Shown: positions 23,593 through 35,254 of the stretch, one piece after another
Layout of the letters: every line of letters begins with the position of its first letter
How positions within the stretch are numbered: the stretch's first letter is position 1
Origin: Macrostomum hystrix
Taxonomy: Eukaryota > Animalia > Platyhelminthes
Assembly: GCA_950097015.1 (NCBI GenBank)
Contig: CATNEN010000003.1
Span: 4,774,001 to 4,838,000, forward strand
Length of the DNA: 64,000 bases
Direction of reading: 5' to 3'
Program-made: the position numbers and the translations under genes
Notes under the pieces: generated by a model
Told to the model about the DNA's origin: nothing
Databases searched by the model: none
The model's input: only the letters and a program-made list of their open reading frames with translations

Positions 23593-25209
23593 GTTTAGGA
23601 GGCCTGTATAAAATTTAGATATAGAAAAGCCTCTTAGAAATAAAGAAAAAGTGTGCAGAAAATTAAGTAATCTTTCTATCGCAGCCATATTAGGACAGAG
23701 CAAATCGAGTTTTATGAGTCACCCGAGTTAACTGGTTTCGTATTTCAGTCAAGAAAACAACACTCAGTGGCCTTTGTCACGAAAGCTTGCTGCAGTTGAT
23801 CACACATCGGCATGACACGTACGCTAGATATGACCTACTAGCTTGGTCAGATTACGATTCACGAATTGTTCTCTCGTGTTAGACAGGATAACGATGATCA
23901 AATTTCAACATTTCTTTATTACGTTTTGCAATACGCACTACTTAAGATAGTAGTGCAATTAGTAAACGTAGGTTCCGTCTTGAAACATTTTATAATGTAC
24001 TTCCAAGGTACATTGTGTTAAAGTGTACATTTCTAGGCGTGCAATGAAATCCCTATACACAAGAAAAATATAATGGTCGGGTTTTACTTCACGAAGAAAC
24101 CAAAGTACAGCTTATTTTAGTTTAACTACTCGCTCACTTGGCTTCTTCGCTCACACAGTTTCAATTAACGGATGGTAGGCCTAGCATGCCATTGCTAATC
24201 AAACTCGTCCTACTGTGTATGAGCACTGTGTCAACATTCGGCTAATTACATAAACTTATTAGTCCTTCCTTCCAACTATACTAAATGTCTAAGATCTGTC
24301 TGTCTGTCCATCTGTCTGTCTGTCCATCTGAAATGCTCTAGCGATTAAATGGCTAGGCCAATTTTTATCGTGTTTTCACAAAAAATGCCAATTATCCAAG
24401 GATTAGACTGATCACATTTCATCATTCTGTCTGAATGCCAAGGGTATTAAATATTCGAAAAACGAGTTTTCCTATTGCTTTTAATTGGAGGCCAAACAAG
24501 GTTAAATTAGAATAGGGCCGGACACTGTCAGTTTTATTAGATTGCATCGGTGCTTTTTCACGCCCGTGCGCGCATTGAGTATAGCACAGAACAGGGCCGG
24601 ATACTCTCAATTGAATAGGATTGCGTCACTGCCTTTCGACCCGTACGTGCGTTTATAAATTTGTCTTTTGGCTGATTGATTGATTTGATTTGAATAAGTA
24701 AAACGTAATCTCGTACATAGCAGATTTCATGATTGGGATTTTATGATGCACAATGCTAGCGAGACCTCTCCTCCTCCTTTCTATCCATAAAACTGCAGCC
24801 TTTCTATTGTCAAACCTTGTCTCGACTTCGATCATTGTGCCGCATTCTTTTCATCTAGCTCCGAAGTAAAGTACTTTTATTATTCTGCAGAATGCGGATC
24901 CAATTTCAGCATCAGCTTTGTTACTCATCTTTTTCTTCAAATCTTCTATCATCAACAGTTAAAAACGTAAGTTACTGTTTATTCGTATTTTTTATTGGCC
25001 ATTTTTTTGGTTCGAGTATAGTAAGCGCTTTTGGTTAGCTACTGTCGAAGCAGATATTTGTTTGCTTTATTATTACTGTACTCGCTCTCAGAAAAGAATA
25101 TAAGTATTTTCGAGTGAAGCAGCAAGTTTTATTCAATACTAAAACTAAGGAAAGAGTTTTTTAGCATAGCTGCAGGCGTTATCAGATTCAGAACTGCAAC
25201 AAAAATATT

Positions 25210-25533
25210 TTATGTATGCATGTATCTTTGTTTGGATGTTTGCAATCAAACTATCTTCCGAACGGCTCAACCGATTTTCACAATCCCTTCACCAAAATAT
25301 GTCAAATGGTCGCGAATCGGTACACGTATTTTTATTAAGCTTAATTCCATTGCCAAGGGGATTAACTGGTTTACATAGGCTTTTCCAATGGATTCATTTA
25401 TTCAACTTGTGCACAGTGAGGCTCCAGTGCCAATTTTTATGATTGCATCAGAGCCAGTTTTGTTAGGCGAGCGAACTGATAAGAAATTTCTCACCCAAAT
25501 GTGCATAGCTGTGTCAACCCCACTGGCGAGATA
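25210..25533 (+). mobile_element. Helitron/Helentron-like non-autonomous repeat
   Basis: Homologous to 14965-15292. A related TCTG-microsatellite-headed copy lies at ~24280-24600. Confidence 0.5.
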
Positions 25534-26019
25534 ATAACAATAATTACTGCCCAAAAGTGTACAGGCTGAGCTGGCTTCTGTTATCTGTTGTCTGAGGCAG
25601 GCCCACTGCCTCAGCACTCTCCTGTTCTACTGTGTGTACATTTCTACTTTCTATTTTCAAAGGTCAAACCATCTTCGCCTATTGAGTATTTCACTGACTG
25701 CCGCTGAATTGGAATTGCGTCGTCAACTTGCGCAACACCCCCTAGCTGCCTGAGTTAGAAGCCTGCACGATCTGGACACAAATTTGAAATAAAGGTACAC
25801 AACCTAAGTGTACTCTATTTGTACAAAGCCAGAACTCGGAGTAGCCGATGTGTAGGCACTAGGAATAGGTTAGGCTAGGCTAGGCGAAGTGTCCCTGCAT
25901 GGTTCGACTCTGCACTGCGTAAAATCATTGAAACTAATTGTCAGTCAGTAGTGGTGGATGCGAATCGATAAATATTGATTTAATTTAGAAAATAAAGGGG
26001 AAATTTTAATTAACTTTTG

Positions 26020-26143
26020 CATGGCAAAACCAGAGTTTAAATCATAGCCAACCAGAGTTTGAATCATGGCAAAATCAGAGTTTGAATCATGGCAAAACCC
26101 GAGTTTGAATCATGGCTAAACCAGAGTCTGAATCATGGCAAAA
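26020..26143. repeat. 23-bp tandem repeat (ATGGCAAAACCAGAGTTTGAATC)n
   Basis: About five degenerate copies. Confidence 0.85.
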
Positions 26144-26297
26144 TTAGTATTTTGTCATTGAATGGAATTCTCTACATTTTGATTTTGTTATCTTACAACG
26201 TCATAATGATATATATTTTTATGATAATAATTTTGCATAATATTCATTTAATTGTTGTTCTTCTCAATTCTCTACAAAAGCAGCTAATATAATAATT

Positions 26298-26800
26298 CAA
26301 CTGGGGAACATTGTTAACTGTGGATCATCATCAATAGGGAGTCATCATCAAATGGGGGATCATTGTCAACTGGAGAATCATTGTCAACTAGGGGAGCATT
26401 GTCAACTGGGGGATCATTGTCAACTGGGGTATCATTGTCAACTGGGTGATCATCATCAACTGGGGGATCATTGTCAACTGGGGGAACATTGTCAACTGGG
26501 GGGATTATCATCAATGGGGAGTCATCATTAAATGGGGGATCATGATCAACTGGGGATCATTGTCAACTGGGGGATCATCATCAACTGGGTGATTATCATC
26601 ATTGGGGGATCTTTGTCAACTGGGTGATCATTATCAACTGGGGGATCATTGTCAACTGGGTGATCATTGTCAACTGGGGGATCATTGTCAACTGGGGGAT
26701 CATTGTCAACTGGGGGATCATTGTCAACTGGGGATCATAGTCAACTGGGGGATCATTGTCAACTGGGGGATCATTGTCAACTGGGTGATCATTGTAACTT
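26298..26800. repeat. 18-bp degenerate tandem repeat (GGGGGATCATTGTCAACT)n
   Basis: Direct copies. Explains the PPVDND and LGDHCQ ORFs. Confidence 0.9.
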
Positions 26801-26859
26801 AAAAAAGCTGAAAATTCAGCTGCTAAAAAGTATATACTAGACGAATTAAAAATATTTCC

Positions 26860-26890
26860 GCTCCCCGAAAGGGGGGCAAAACTTGCTAGT
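26860..26890 (+). mobile_element. Helitron-like 3' terminus
   Basis: GC hairpin GCTCCCC-GAAA-GGGGGGC, followed 8 nt later by CTAG|T. Confidence 0.55.
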
Positions 26891-27254
26891 ACTTTACTAA
26901 ACTACTTTCAGATTCGACATTGCCTGCGGCCTGGCCCCGCTGCTGGCGGACCTAGGGGCAGCTGATCTGCCTGCAGCGCCATTGTTTGACTGCCGAGCTG
27001 AATGCTAACCTGCTCTAAGCTCAAGAGCCTTCTGGACTGGCTGCTGGAGCATAAAACAGCGGAGGCTTACGAGGCTGTCCTGGAGGTGACCTGCCTTACT
27101 GGGAACCAGGCTTTTGATTTGGCCAAACTGCTAGGCATGCTGGAGCACGCCTGCTCGGAGCTGCAGTAGAGTCTGCACGGCCTGGACTATTGGCGTGGCG
27201 TGCAGCAGAGAGCTAAGCAGCGAGAGTTGCTCCGAAGTCGACAAGACCAAGTTG

Positions 27255-27257
<3 letters not shown>

Positions 27258-27315
<58 letters not shown>

Positions 27316-27338
27316 GCAGCAGCAGTAGTAGTAGTAGT

Positions 27339-27389
<51 letters not shown>
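27258..27389. repeat. (CAG)n microsatellite, continued after the LINE at 32006-32047
   Basis: About 43 CAG/CAA/TAG triplets directly abutting the LINE 5' end. Confidence 0.95.
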
Positions 27390-27390
<1 letters not shown>

Positions 27391-27464
27391 CCGGTCAATG
27401 AGCACTGCCTCTTCGCGGCGACCGGGATCCCAGGCTAACACCCTGGGGCCTACCAAAGTGCTCA
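27390..27464 (+). ncRNA. HDV-like self-cleaving ribozyme (predicted)
   Basis: P1 CCCGGUC(27390-96)/GACCGGG(27420-26); P2 UGAGCACU(27399-406)/AGUGCUCA(27457-64); P3 GCC/GGC around L3 UCUUCGC; P4 CCCAGG/CCUGGG; J4/2 ending CCAA. This is the nested double-pseudoknot order of HDV ribozymes. Confidence 0.8.
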
Positions 27465-30400
27465 ACCTCGGACACCTCGGCACAGGCCTTCGGCCTGGCT
27501 GGACTGGTGACGGGGACTTCAACCTTTTAGATCTGCTGCTCCGGGCCGGAGACATCCACCCTAACCCCGGCCCAAGCTGCTCCAGCTGCGGGAAGCTCTT
27601 CCGCCAGGGTTGCCCGTGGCTCGCCTGCAGCTTCGTACCTTGTGACGCCAAGTCGCACCGGCAGAAATGCTGTAGCGGCCAGTCTAGAGCCGCCCAGTCC
27701 CTGCCGTGGTTCTGCCCGAACCACAACGCAAATCGGGCGCCGGGCCCTGCCCGGCCAAGCCAAGCTCCGGCTCCGCTACCGACCTCAGTCTCTCGGCACT
27801 GTGCGAGCTGCCGGGGCCCCATCCGTCAGGGAACCCAGCCTACCCTCTGCAGCGCCCCTGGCTGCCCAGCCGCCTGCCACGCGGCCACCAGCTGCAGCGG
27901 CCGCTCCAGATACCGCGGCGCCCCAAGCTGGCTGTGCCCGGTTCACCAGCCGCCTCGCCAAGCGCCCTCCATCGCCGGCCGCCGCCTTCTCGCCCCCCGC
28001 CCCCGAGACCGGAGGGGACGATACCGAGATCCTGCCAAGGCTGTGCTAAGCGTTTTGCGCGCACCATCACGCCGCTCACCTGCTCCTCCTGCTCGTCGCT
28101 CTTCCACCAAGCCTGCTCCGGCCTCTCCCGGGGCGCCGCTGCGTCTGCCACCCGGCGGGCCGGCTGGAACTGCAGCGACTGCAGTCAGCGCTCCTCTCGG
28201 CCCCCTCCCCGGGCGAGCCCACCTGCCGCTGACAAGCACGAGCCCCACCCAGGGACCAGCCGTGACAAGCTCCGCATCCTCCAGTGGAATGCGGACGGCC
28301 TGTCCCCCAAAGTCGCAGAGCTCGAGCACTGCCTTTATGGCGCTGACGTCGACATCGTAGCCATCCAGGAGACCAAACTGCGCTCGCCCCACGCCACGCC
28401 CTCCATCAGGGGTTTCTCGGCGATCCGGCAAGACCGCGCAGACGGCCGCCCCGGAGGCGGCCTGCTTTTTCTGGTCCATGAGTCCGTCATCTTCACGAGG
28501 ACCGCGGCACCAACTGCTCCGGCCCCTGCCGAAGCCCTGGCCATCCGCGTCCGCCTTAGCGCCAAACGGTGGATCACCATCCACAACGTCTACTGTCCGC
28601 CCTCAAGAGACGGGCCCGTCCCTGCCGACTGGGCTTGGCTTCCTGACCTCACCGACGCCGTCCTCTGCGGTGACCTCAACGCGCACTCTCCACTGTGGGA
28701 CTCCGAGCAGCCCCCTGACCAACAGGGCGAGCTCCTCGAGGACTGGGTCACCTCGAACCCGGTGAGCCTGCTGAACGACGGCTCCGCCACCCGCGTCAAC
28801 CGCGGCACAGGCGGGAGCAGCACCCCAGACGTCTCGCTCGTCCACCAGACCTGGTCCGACAGATGCTCCTGGTCTACTGGGGAGGACCTCGGCTCCGACC
28901 ACCTGCCGATCTTCATCACGGTGGCCTCCCGCGTCGACACCATCCGCCGGAGAGACGGCCGGCCCCGCTGGCGCCGCATCGGTGTCGACTGGGGCGCCTT
29001 TTCGGCCGCTGTAGATGAAACACTGCCCGCCATCGACCCGACGGCCAGCCTCAAGACCCAGGCAGTCCAGCTCAAAGACACCATCATCGCTGCTGCCCAA
29101 CAATTTGTCGGCAAATCTGCTCCCCCCCGCCGCGCCCGTCCCTGGTTCACGCCAAAGGTGCGTGCCTGCATCAAGAAGCGCAACCGCCTGCGCCACTCAC
29201 TGCCGGCCGCACGCCAGGAATGGATCGAGTCCTTTTCCGAGGCCCGCCGCGCGGTGATCGAGGCCAAGGACTCCCTTTGGCGCGACTTCCTCGCCGACAT
29301 GGAGTTCTCGCCGGACCCCGGCAAGTCCTGGCGTCTCATCAGGTCCCTGAGCGGCACGCCGGACTGCAACAGCCCGAATGAGGCCCTGGTCCACAATGGC
29401 CGCAACCTGACCACGCCGTCCAGCAAGGCCAACGCCTTTGCTGGCTTCTATGCGTCCGTCAGCCGCCTCGCTTTCACGGCCGAGGAGCGCGCCATCAACC
29501 GCCAAGTCAAGGTCCTGCTGCGCTCCCCCGCTGTCGACGACACAAGCTGCTCTGCCTTCTCGACGGATGAGCTCAAGGCGGCCATTCGCCGGATGCGCAC
29601 CAACGGCGCCCCGGGCCCAGACGACATTCCGCCCTCGTTCCTGAAGGCCCTGGGGCCCAGGGCCCTCTCGGCCCTGCTGAATATTTTTAACCTGTCCTTC
29701 AGGCTAGGCCAGACGCCGCAGTGCTGGCGCACCGCCACCATCATCCCGCTCCTGAAATCCGGGAAGCCCGCGAGCGCCATCTCGTCCTTCAGGCCGATCA
29801 GCCTCACCTCCTGCGTGGGCAAGCTCCTGGAGAGAATGGTCCACGCCAGGCTGTACCACCTGGCCGAGACGCGCGGCTGGCTCTCTCCCACTCAGGCCGG
29901 GTTCCGCCAGCTGCACTCGTGTGAGGACCTAGTCCTCCGGGTGACGCAGCTGATCAGCGACGGCTTCCAGGCCCGCCCGGCCTTGCGGGCGGTCATGGCC
30001 CTGCTGGACTACTCGCAAGCCTACGACCGGGTGTGGCGCGAGCGGCTGCTGCTCTCCATGCATCACAAAGGGATCCCCGGCCACTTCCTGCGCTGGACGG
30101 GCGGCTTCCTGCTGAACAGACAAGCCCGTGTCGACATCCTCGGCAGCCAGAGTCGCAGCTTTCGGCTGAGGCAGGGCCTGCCTCAAGGCTCTGTCCTGGC
30201 CCCGCTCCTCTTCCTGCTGTACATCAATGAGGTAGTCGAAGTCATCCCGCGGGGCGTCTCCAACTCCATGTACGCGGACGACGTCGCTCTCCTGGCCCAG
30301 CACCACGACAAATCGACAGCGGCTCAGCAACTGCAAGTCGCCGTGACTGCCGTTGCCGCCTGGAGCAGCTCACGAAAGATGCTCCTGAACGTGGAGAAGA

Positions 30401-31977
30401 GCGAGGTGGCCTTTTTCTCCACCGCTACCCAGGAGGCCGAATGGCAACCCGCCGTTTCCATCGACAATCGCCAGCTGCCTTTCAACGCCACCCCGCGCTT
30501 CCTGGGCGTCTTCCTGGACCGCGTCCTGTCTTTCTCCAAGCATGTGACAGAGGTCACCCGCCGCGTTGCAGCCCGCAACCGCATGCTGATGTGCCTGGCC
30601 GCCAGAGACTGGGGCTGGTGCAAGGAGTCGCTCCGCCGCTGCTACCTCGCGATGCAGCAGAGCGTGCTCAATTTCGCCGCCCCCGCTTGGCAGCCCTGGC
30701 TCTCGGACACCGTGTTCGACCGCCTGGAGCGCGCGCAGAACTCGGCCCTGCGCATTGTCACCGGCCAGCTGAGGTCCTCCCCGCTCGAGGCCCTCCACGC
30801 GGAAGCGGGCCTCCCGACCTACCGCACCACCAGCAACCGCCTGGTCGCCACCAGCCTGGAGCGCGCCCTCCGCCTGCCCGACTCGCACCCGGCCCGCCTC
30901 GCCGCCTCAGGAGTGACACCACATCGCCTCGTGCGCTCCAGCTGGCGCCGCGCCGCCAATCTGCTGGCGGCGTCGCTCCCACCCGCCCTGGCCTCCCGTG
31001 CTCCTTTCACCCGCACCGACCTGCCGCCCTGGGAACTCAGCCGGGCGGGCTGGCGGGTCTGCTGCGACCTGCCTGGCGGCCTCACCAAGGAAGAAAGCCC
31101 GCCGGCCCTCCGCCGCGCCGCAGTTGAAGCCATCCGCAGTCACCAGGGCATTGTCACCATTTATACCGACGGCTCAGCAGCCGAGGGCACCAGGAACGGC
31201 GCTCATGCCTTCGCCGTTACGACCGGCGACCCGGAGCTCCCGGTGGCCCAGTTCCAGGCGAGCGGTCGAGGCCACGAGCTGACCTCTTCTTTCCAGGAGG
31301 AGCTGCAGGCCATGTCTTGCGCCCTGCGCTGGCTGGCTGACCACGGCCCGGAGGGGCAGGTCACCATCGCCACCGACAGCCGGGCCCTCTTGACCGCCCT
31401 GGACAGCCTGAACCCGAGCGTACTGCCTCTCTGCAGGCTGCTAAACGAGCGCCGCGGGCCCACCACCCTGCAATGGGTCCCTGGGCACTGCGGCCTGCCA
31501 GGCAACGAGCTGGCCGACGCCCTGGCCGGCGCGGCCGCGGCCGCTGAGCCAGGTCCCGCGCCGCTGCCGGCGACCTTTGCCTGCGCCAGAGCACTCATCA
31601 GCCGCTCCATCCTGGACCCCCCGCGACAGCACGCCCGCACGGCGCTCGCATATGCCGGTCACTCGGAGGAACGCGACCGCCGTGAGATCAGCTGCCGCCG
31701 GGACGCCGTCCTCCTCGCCCGACTCAGAGCGGGCCACTGCAGCGCCCTCCGCGCCTACAGCCAGGTGGTTAACCCAGCAGCGGACCCCACCTGCCAGCGC
31801 TGCGGAGAGGCGCCCGAAACCGTGGAGCACTGGCTGGCGGAATGCCCGGCACTGTACGCCGTCAGGACGGCAGTGTTTGGGACGCCAGTGCCCCAGCTTG
31901 AAGTCCTCGCTACCAGTCCAGCAGCCGTGGTCACGCTGGCGAGGAGGACGGGTCTCAGCCCGCCCCCCTCGGCGTGA
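27398..31977 (+). CDS. LINE polyprotein: 2A-like peptide, 3 PHD-like fingers, AP endonuclease, reverse transcriptase, RNase H, Zn knuckle (one -1 frameshift at ~27950-28020)
   Basis: The 27398 frame has LLDLLLRAGDIHPNPGP and two C4HC2H-type fingers. The 27706 frame has a third finger, APE (LQWNADG, IQETKL, GDLNAH, SDHLPI), RT (QGSVLAP, YADD), RNase H (YTDGS, ATDS, WVPGHCGLPGNELAD) and CQRC...H....C. Confidence 0.85.
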
Positions 31978-32264
31978 GCGCCGGCAACAACAACAACAAC
32001 AACAAGCAGCAGCAGCAGCAGCAGTAGCTTTAGTTGCAGCAGCAGCCAAAACACTTGGCTAGACAGATTAAATAACTTTACTCCTCTTTGTACACACTGA
32101 ACCCAAACCAACTCTGGCGCTGGCTTGTCCATTATACTCGGCCATGATCGTCTGAGTTTAAGAATGAAAGCAAAGCGCAAAGCCGTAAAGCATGCTGGAC
32201 CAACTAGCTATAATCACTGGCTTGAGACGCTGCCGCAGCCGCCACCGCCGCAATGAAATCAGTG

Positions 32265-32274
32265 TATATAAAAA
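32265..32274 (+). promoter_or_regulatory. Putative TATA box of EGFR-like gene 2
   Basis: TATATAAAAA in the region paralogous to 10880. Confidence 0.45.
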
Positions 32275-32935
32275 CCGTCAGTCGGATTTAACAGCAGCAA
32301 ATTAAAATAGCAAAGAGTGAGAGTCAATCTGTGTCAGTATCGGTGGTCGATCGATCTCGCTATCAATTATATATATGTATTGAGTTTATTGCATTGCAAG
32401 TATATGTATAGATAGTGCGTGTGAGTAAATCGTTTCAAATTTAGCGAATATTTTGTTGTCAGTTTTTCTGCTGTTGCTAATTTCCAAATAAGACGCGGCT
32501 CACTCTGGAAGGGAGAGAGCCCGAAGTTCGAAAAAAAGAAGCGTGCCCTGCACTATATACTACATTTTTTTACTCTTTAGCAAACCCCCCAGACGGGCCT
32601 GCGGATGGAAACACTTTGATCGTCTTTAGTCTATGACCAAAGGGGTGAAATTATCGATTGGTTAAAGCAGAAGCACAGCTTCACTTTTTAAAAGCAGGGC
32701 AGTGTTCCTTTCACACCACAGACAGTGACCGGGGAACCGAATGCCAAGGTGGCTTCGAACAACAACAACAACACTAGCATCAGCAGCAACGGCATCAGAA
32801 TCAGCAGCAGCATCAGTAGCACCAGCTCGACAGCACCGTCCGCCAGTGCCAATTTCGAGGTGAGATAAGTATTCCATTGTACGGCTTGATTGCGTAGTTA
32901 GCCTCTGCGAAATATAATCGAGTAGACTTTAGCAT

Positions 32936-35254
32936 TGATGTGGAGTGTGCTGCGGGAATCGAGTGGGAATGTGAGCCAGCGGAATTTTTCAAATTTTTAA
33001 GCAATCAATAATCGCGACCCACCTAGCAGCTGGCCACAAACAAGATCATTAATCTTAGGGCCGGGTTTTGGGCGGCGGTGAATTAAGTAGCCGTCGAATC
33101 CCTTCTCCCTGGATCTGTCTAGACCCCTGTAGGAATGACTGATCGCGGCCATAGCTTTTATTGTATGAGTAGTTTAGGTCATAATTCCCCTCCAAACCGC
33201 GATCAGATATTGGGAATCACTCGGGCATTATGAGTGATCATTAATTCTTCATGTCCCCACTTCTTTACAGTATTCGAGCCCAGCTCGACTTTATGACCTC
33301 CTCTCTTAGATACGTGTAAATGTCACCGTAGGCAGGTCGGCGCCTGCGCTTCCCATTGTCCTGGCGGAGTAACAATTATTGGCCGACTGTCGGCGGCTGC
33401 TCGTGAAGGAGCATCTGTCGTTTCTCGCCGCTGGTTCATTGGGTAATCGGGGCGGCAATCGCCGCTTCAATTCCTCGATGACAGGCTGGCGCGAATGTGG
33501 GTTATTTTGATGGATGTCGGGGTTGGCGTGCTGCAAGACTATTTAAGGAAGCGCGCTGCGCTGCCCCTGGGGAACCTTTTACCTTTTCCCTACCACCTTA
33601 TCCTTTCCCCGGACCTCGACCTATCGCCAGGCCGGACTCCCACCGGACCTAAGGCACTTTTCCCACATCCACTTAGGGCTTAGACCCCAGAGCTATAAGC
33701 TCAAGCAAGTGCTCACAGGCTCATTGCCTGTCTTCTTTCCTCTAATCGCAAGCCACCTCTTTAGGTGGGCTCTAAATTGAGCCACTGTGCTCCCCGTGTG
33801 TTGGCCCCTGCCAGCTCACTTCAGTTTACCCTCTCTCAGCCTTGCTGTTTTGCCCTACCCCTTCCCCGAGAGCTACAGGATTGAAGCACGCGGCCGAATC
33901 AGCATCCAGATAAGTAACCCGCGCAGCGGTTGCATAATTATTACTCCTAAGGGACTAGCACTTTAAGTTAGGCGGCAATTAGTGGGAGGGAAACTAGGGA
34001 ACTGTCTAGCCTAATAAACTTTCTAATCTAAAGCACTTTTAACCTATTGGGCTTAATTTTATAACAACTTAATCCCTTTCGCTATGTCTCTTTTTCACCT
34101 TTATTTTATCGATAGGCAGCCCTCGACCATGAGTGGCTAACTCATTAGGGGGTGGGCTCTGGTGATGCCGAGCTGAAAGCTGCGGCAGGAGGACAACTGT
34201 GAGCGCGCATGAAAGTAATAAGGAGCTAGGGATTTGCGAGTAAAATGCGGAATGTAGCGTGTGCATTGCTGCTTAGGGGCGGGGAATTCCGTGGCCGGCT
34301 TTCCTCTCTCACTGGCGGATTCCAGTGTACGCGTCAAACTCCTTTGTCAATTGAATTCTCCTTCTATTCCCCGCCCTCGCAACTACGGCCATGGGAGCGA
34401 GAGGCGTGATCTAATATTTATCGCTTGCATAATCACTCAGCCAGTGTTCTGCTTAATCTCTCCTGCCTCTGATTTCCTCATCTCACACAGATTCGGATTT
34501 GCTAGTTATTTAATGCGTAGGCTGTAATCTAATGTAAGGAATGTGTTTGATGTTCCAGGAGTAGGATTCTGGCTATGGGTTTCTCATTCGGGTTCGGAGT
34601 ACCACCTTTCTAGACCACTGTAGCGCAGTTTCAGGAATCCCCTGTTGAGGCGTGTCTCGATTCATTCTGGGGTCTTCGCCCTAGTCTAAAACGGAAGTTA
34701 CAGAATGCCCTATTTTTCGGCTTGTCTGAGATCTGTGTGACAAACTAGGAGCTGTGAACTCCGGGGACCCAAGTTCCCAAATGTCTGCGGTGGCAACGTA
34801 GGCGCATTGGGTGGTGGCGCTACCCTAGATCATTTTCCGCTTTGCCGATAGCCTTTCCGCATTTCTAAGACAAGAGCCTGGGCCGAATCGACCACTGCTA
34901 CCGCTGTTAGGAGTCAGTTATGTACATGCTACTGATGACAGTAGGCTATCTAGCCCTGTCCTACCTGCTTGCGGGTAGTCCGAAATCTCTTTAGACTTTA
35001 GCCGGTTTCGAGCACTGCTTGGGGTAGGCACGGCAGTCATGCCTGTGGCCTATGGGTTGAGTGGGACTGGCCAGCCTGAGGCCGAGAGGACCACTCCCTG
35101 CATCCACTGTCTCTCCCTTCATCTCTCCCTTCATCCCTCTTCCCGCGATAAATCGCGAGGCTTTGCGGTACGACTTCTAACTCTATCGCCATTCCCACAC
35201 TCCCTTTCTCTCTTGAGGACAGGTCATCGGATTGCAAAACCCGCACCCACTTCA
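32936..35254 (+). mobile_element. 2319-bp solo-LTR-like insertion with a 4-bp TSD (GCAT)
   Basis: The empty site in copy 1 reads GACTTTA-GCAT-GGAAAT. Here GCAT occurs at 32932-35 and 35255-58, flanking TGATGTGG...CCACTTCA (TG..CA, imperfect terminal inverted repeat). TATTTAA (~33540) and AATAAA (~34013) are conserved in the second copy. No coding capacity. Confidence 0.85.

Larger units (their letters stand above)
27390..32005 (+). mobile_element. Near full-length Ingi-clade-like non-LTR retrotransposon
   Basis: GC-rich 4.6-kb block: 5' HDV-like fold, 2A-like motif, PHD-like fingers, APE, RT, RNase H, C-terminal zinc knuckle and a (CAA)7 3' tail. Confidence 0.9.

Noticed and set aside
27840-32180. 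Many overlapping alternative-frame and antisense ORFs within the LINE
   Set aside because: Expected by-product of very high GC content; no domain motifs.
34928-35000. CTGATGA...GAAA hammerhead-like core in the LTR
   Set aside because: GAAA is not conserved in the second copy (21720-21810), and I could not build stems I-III.
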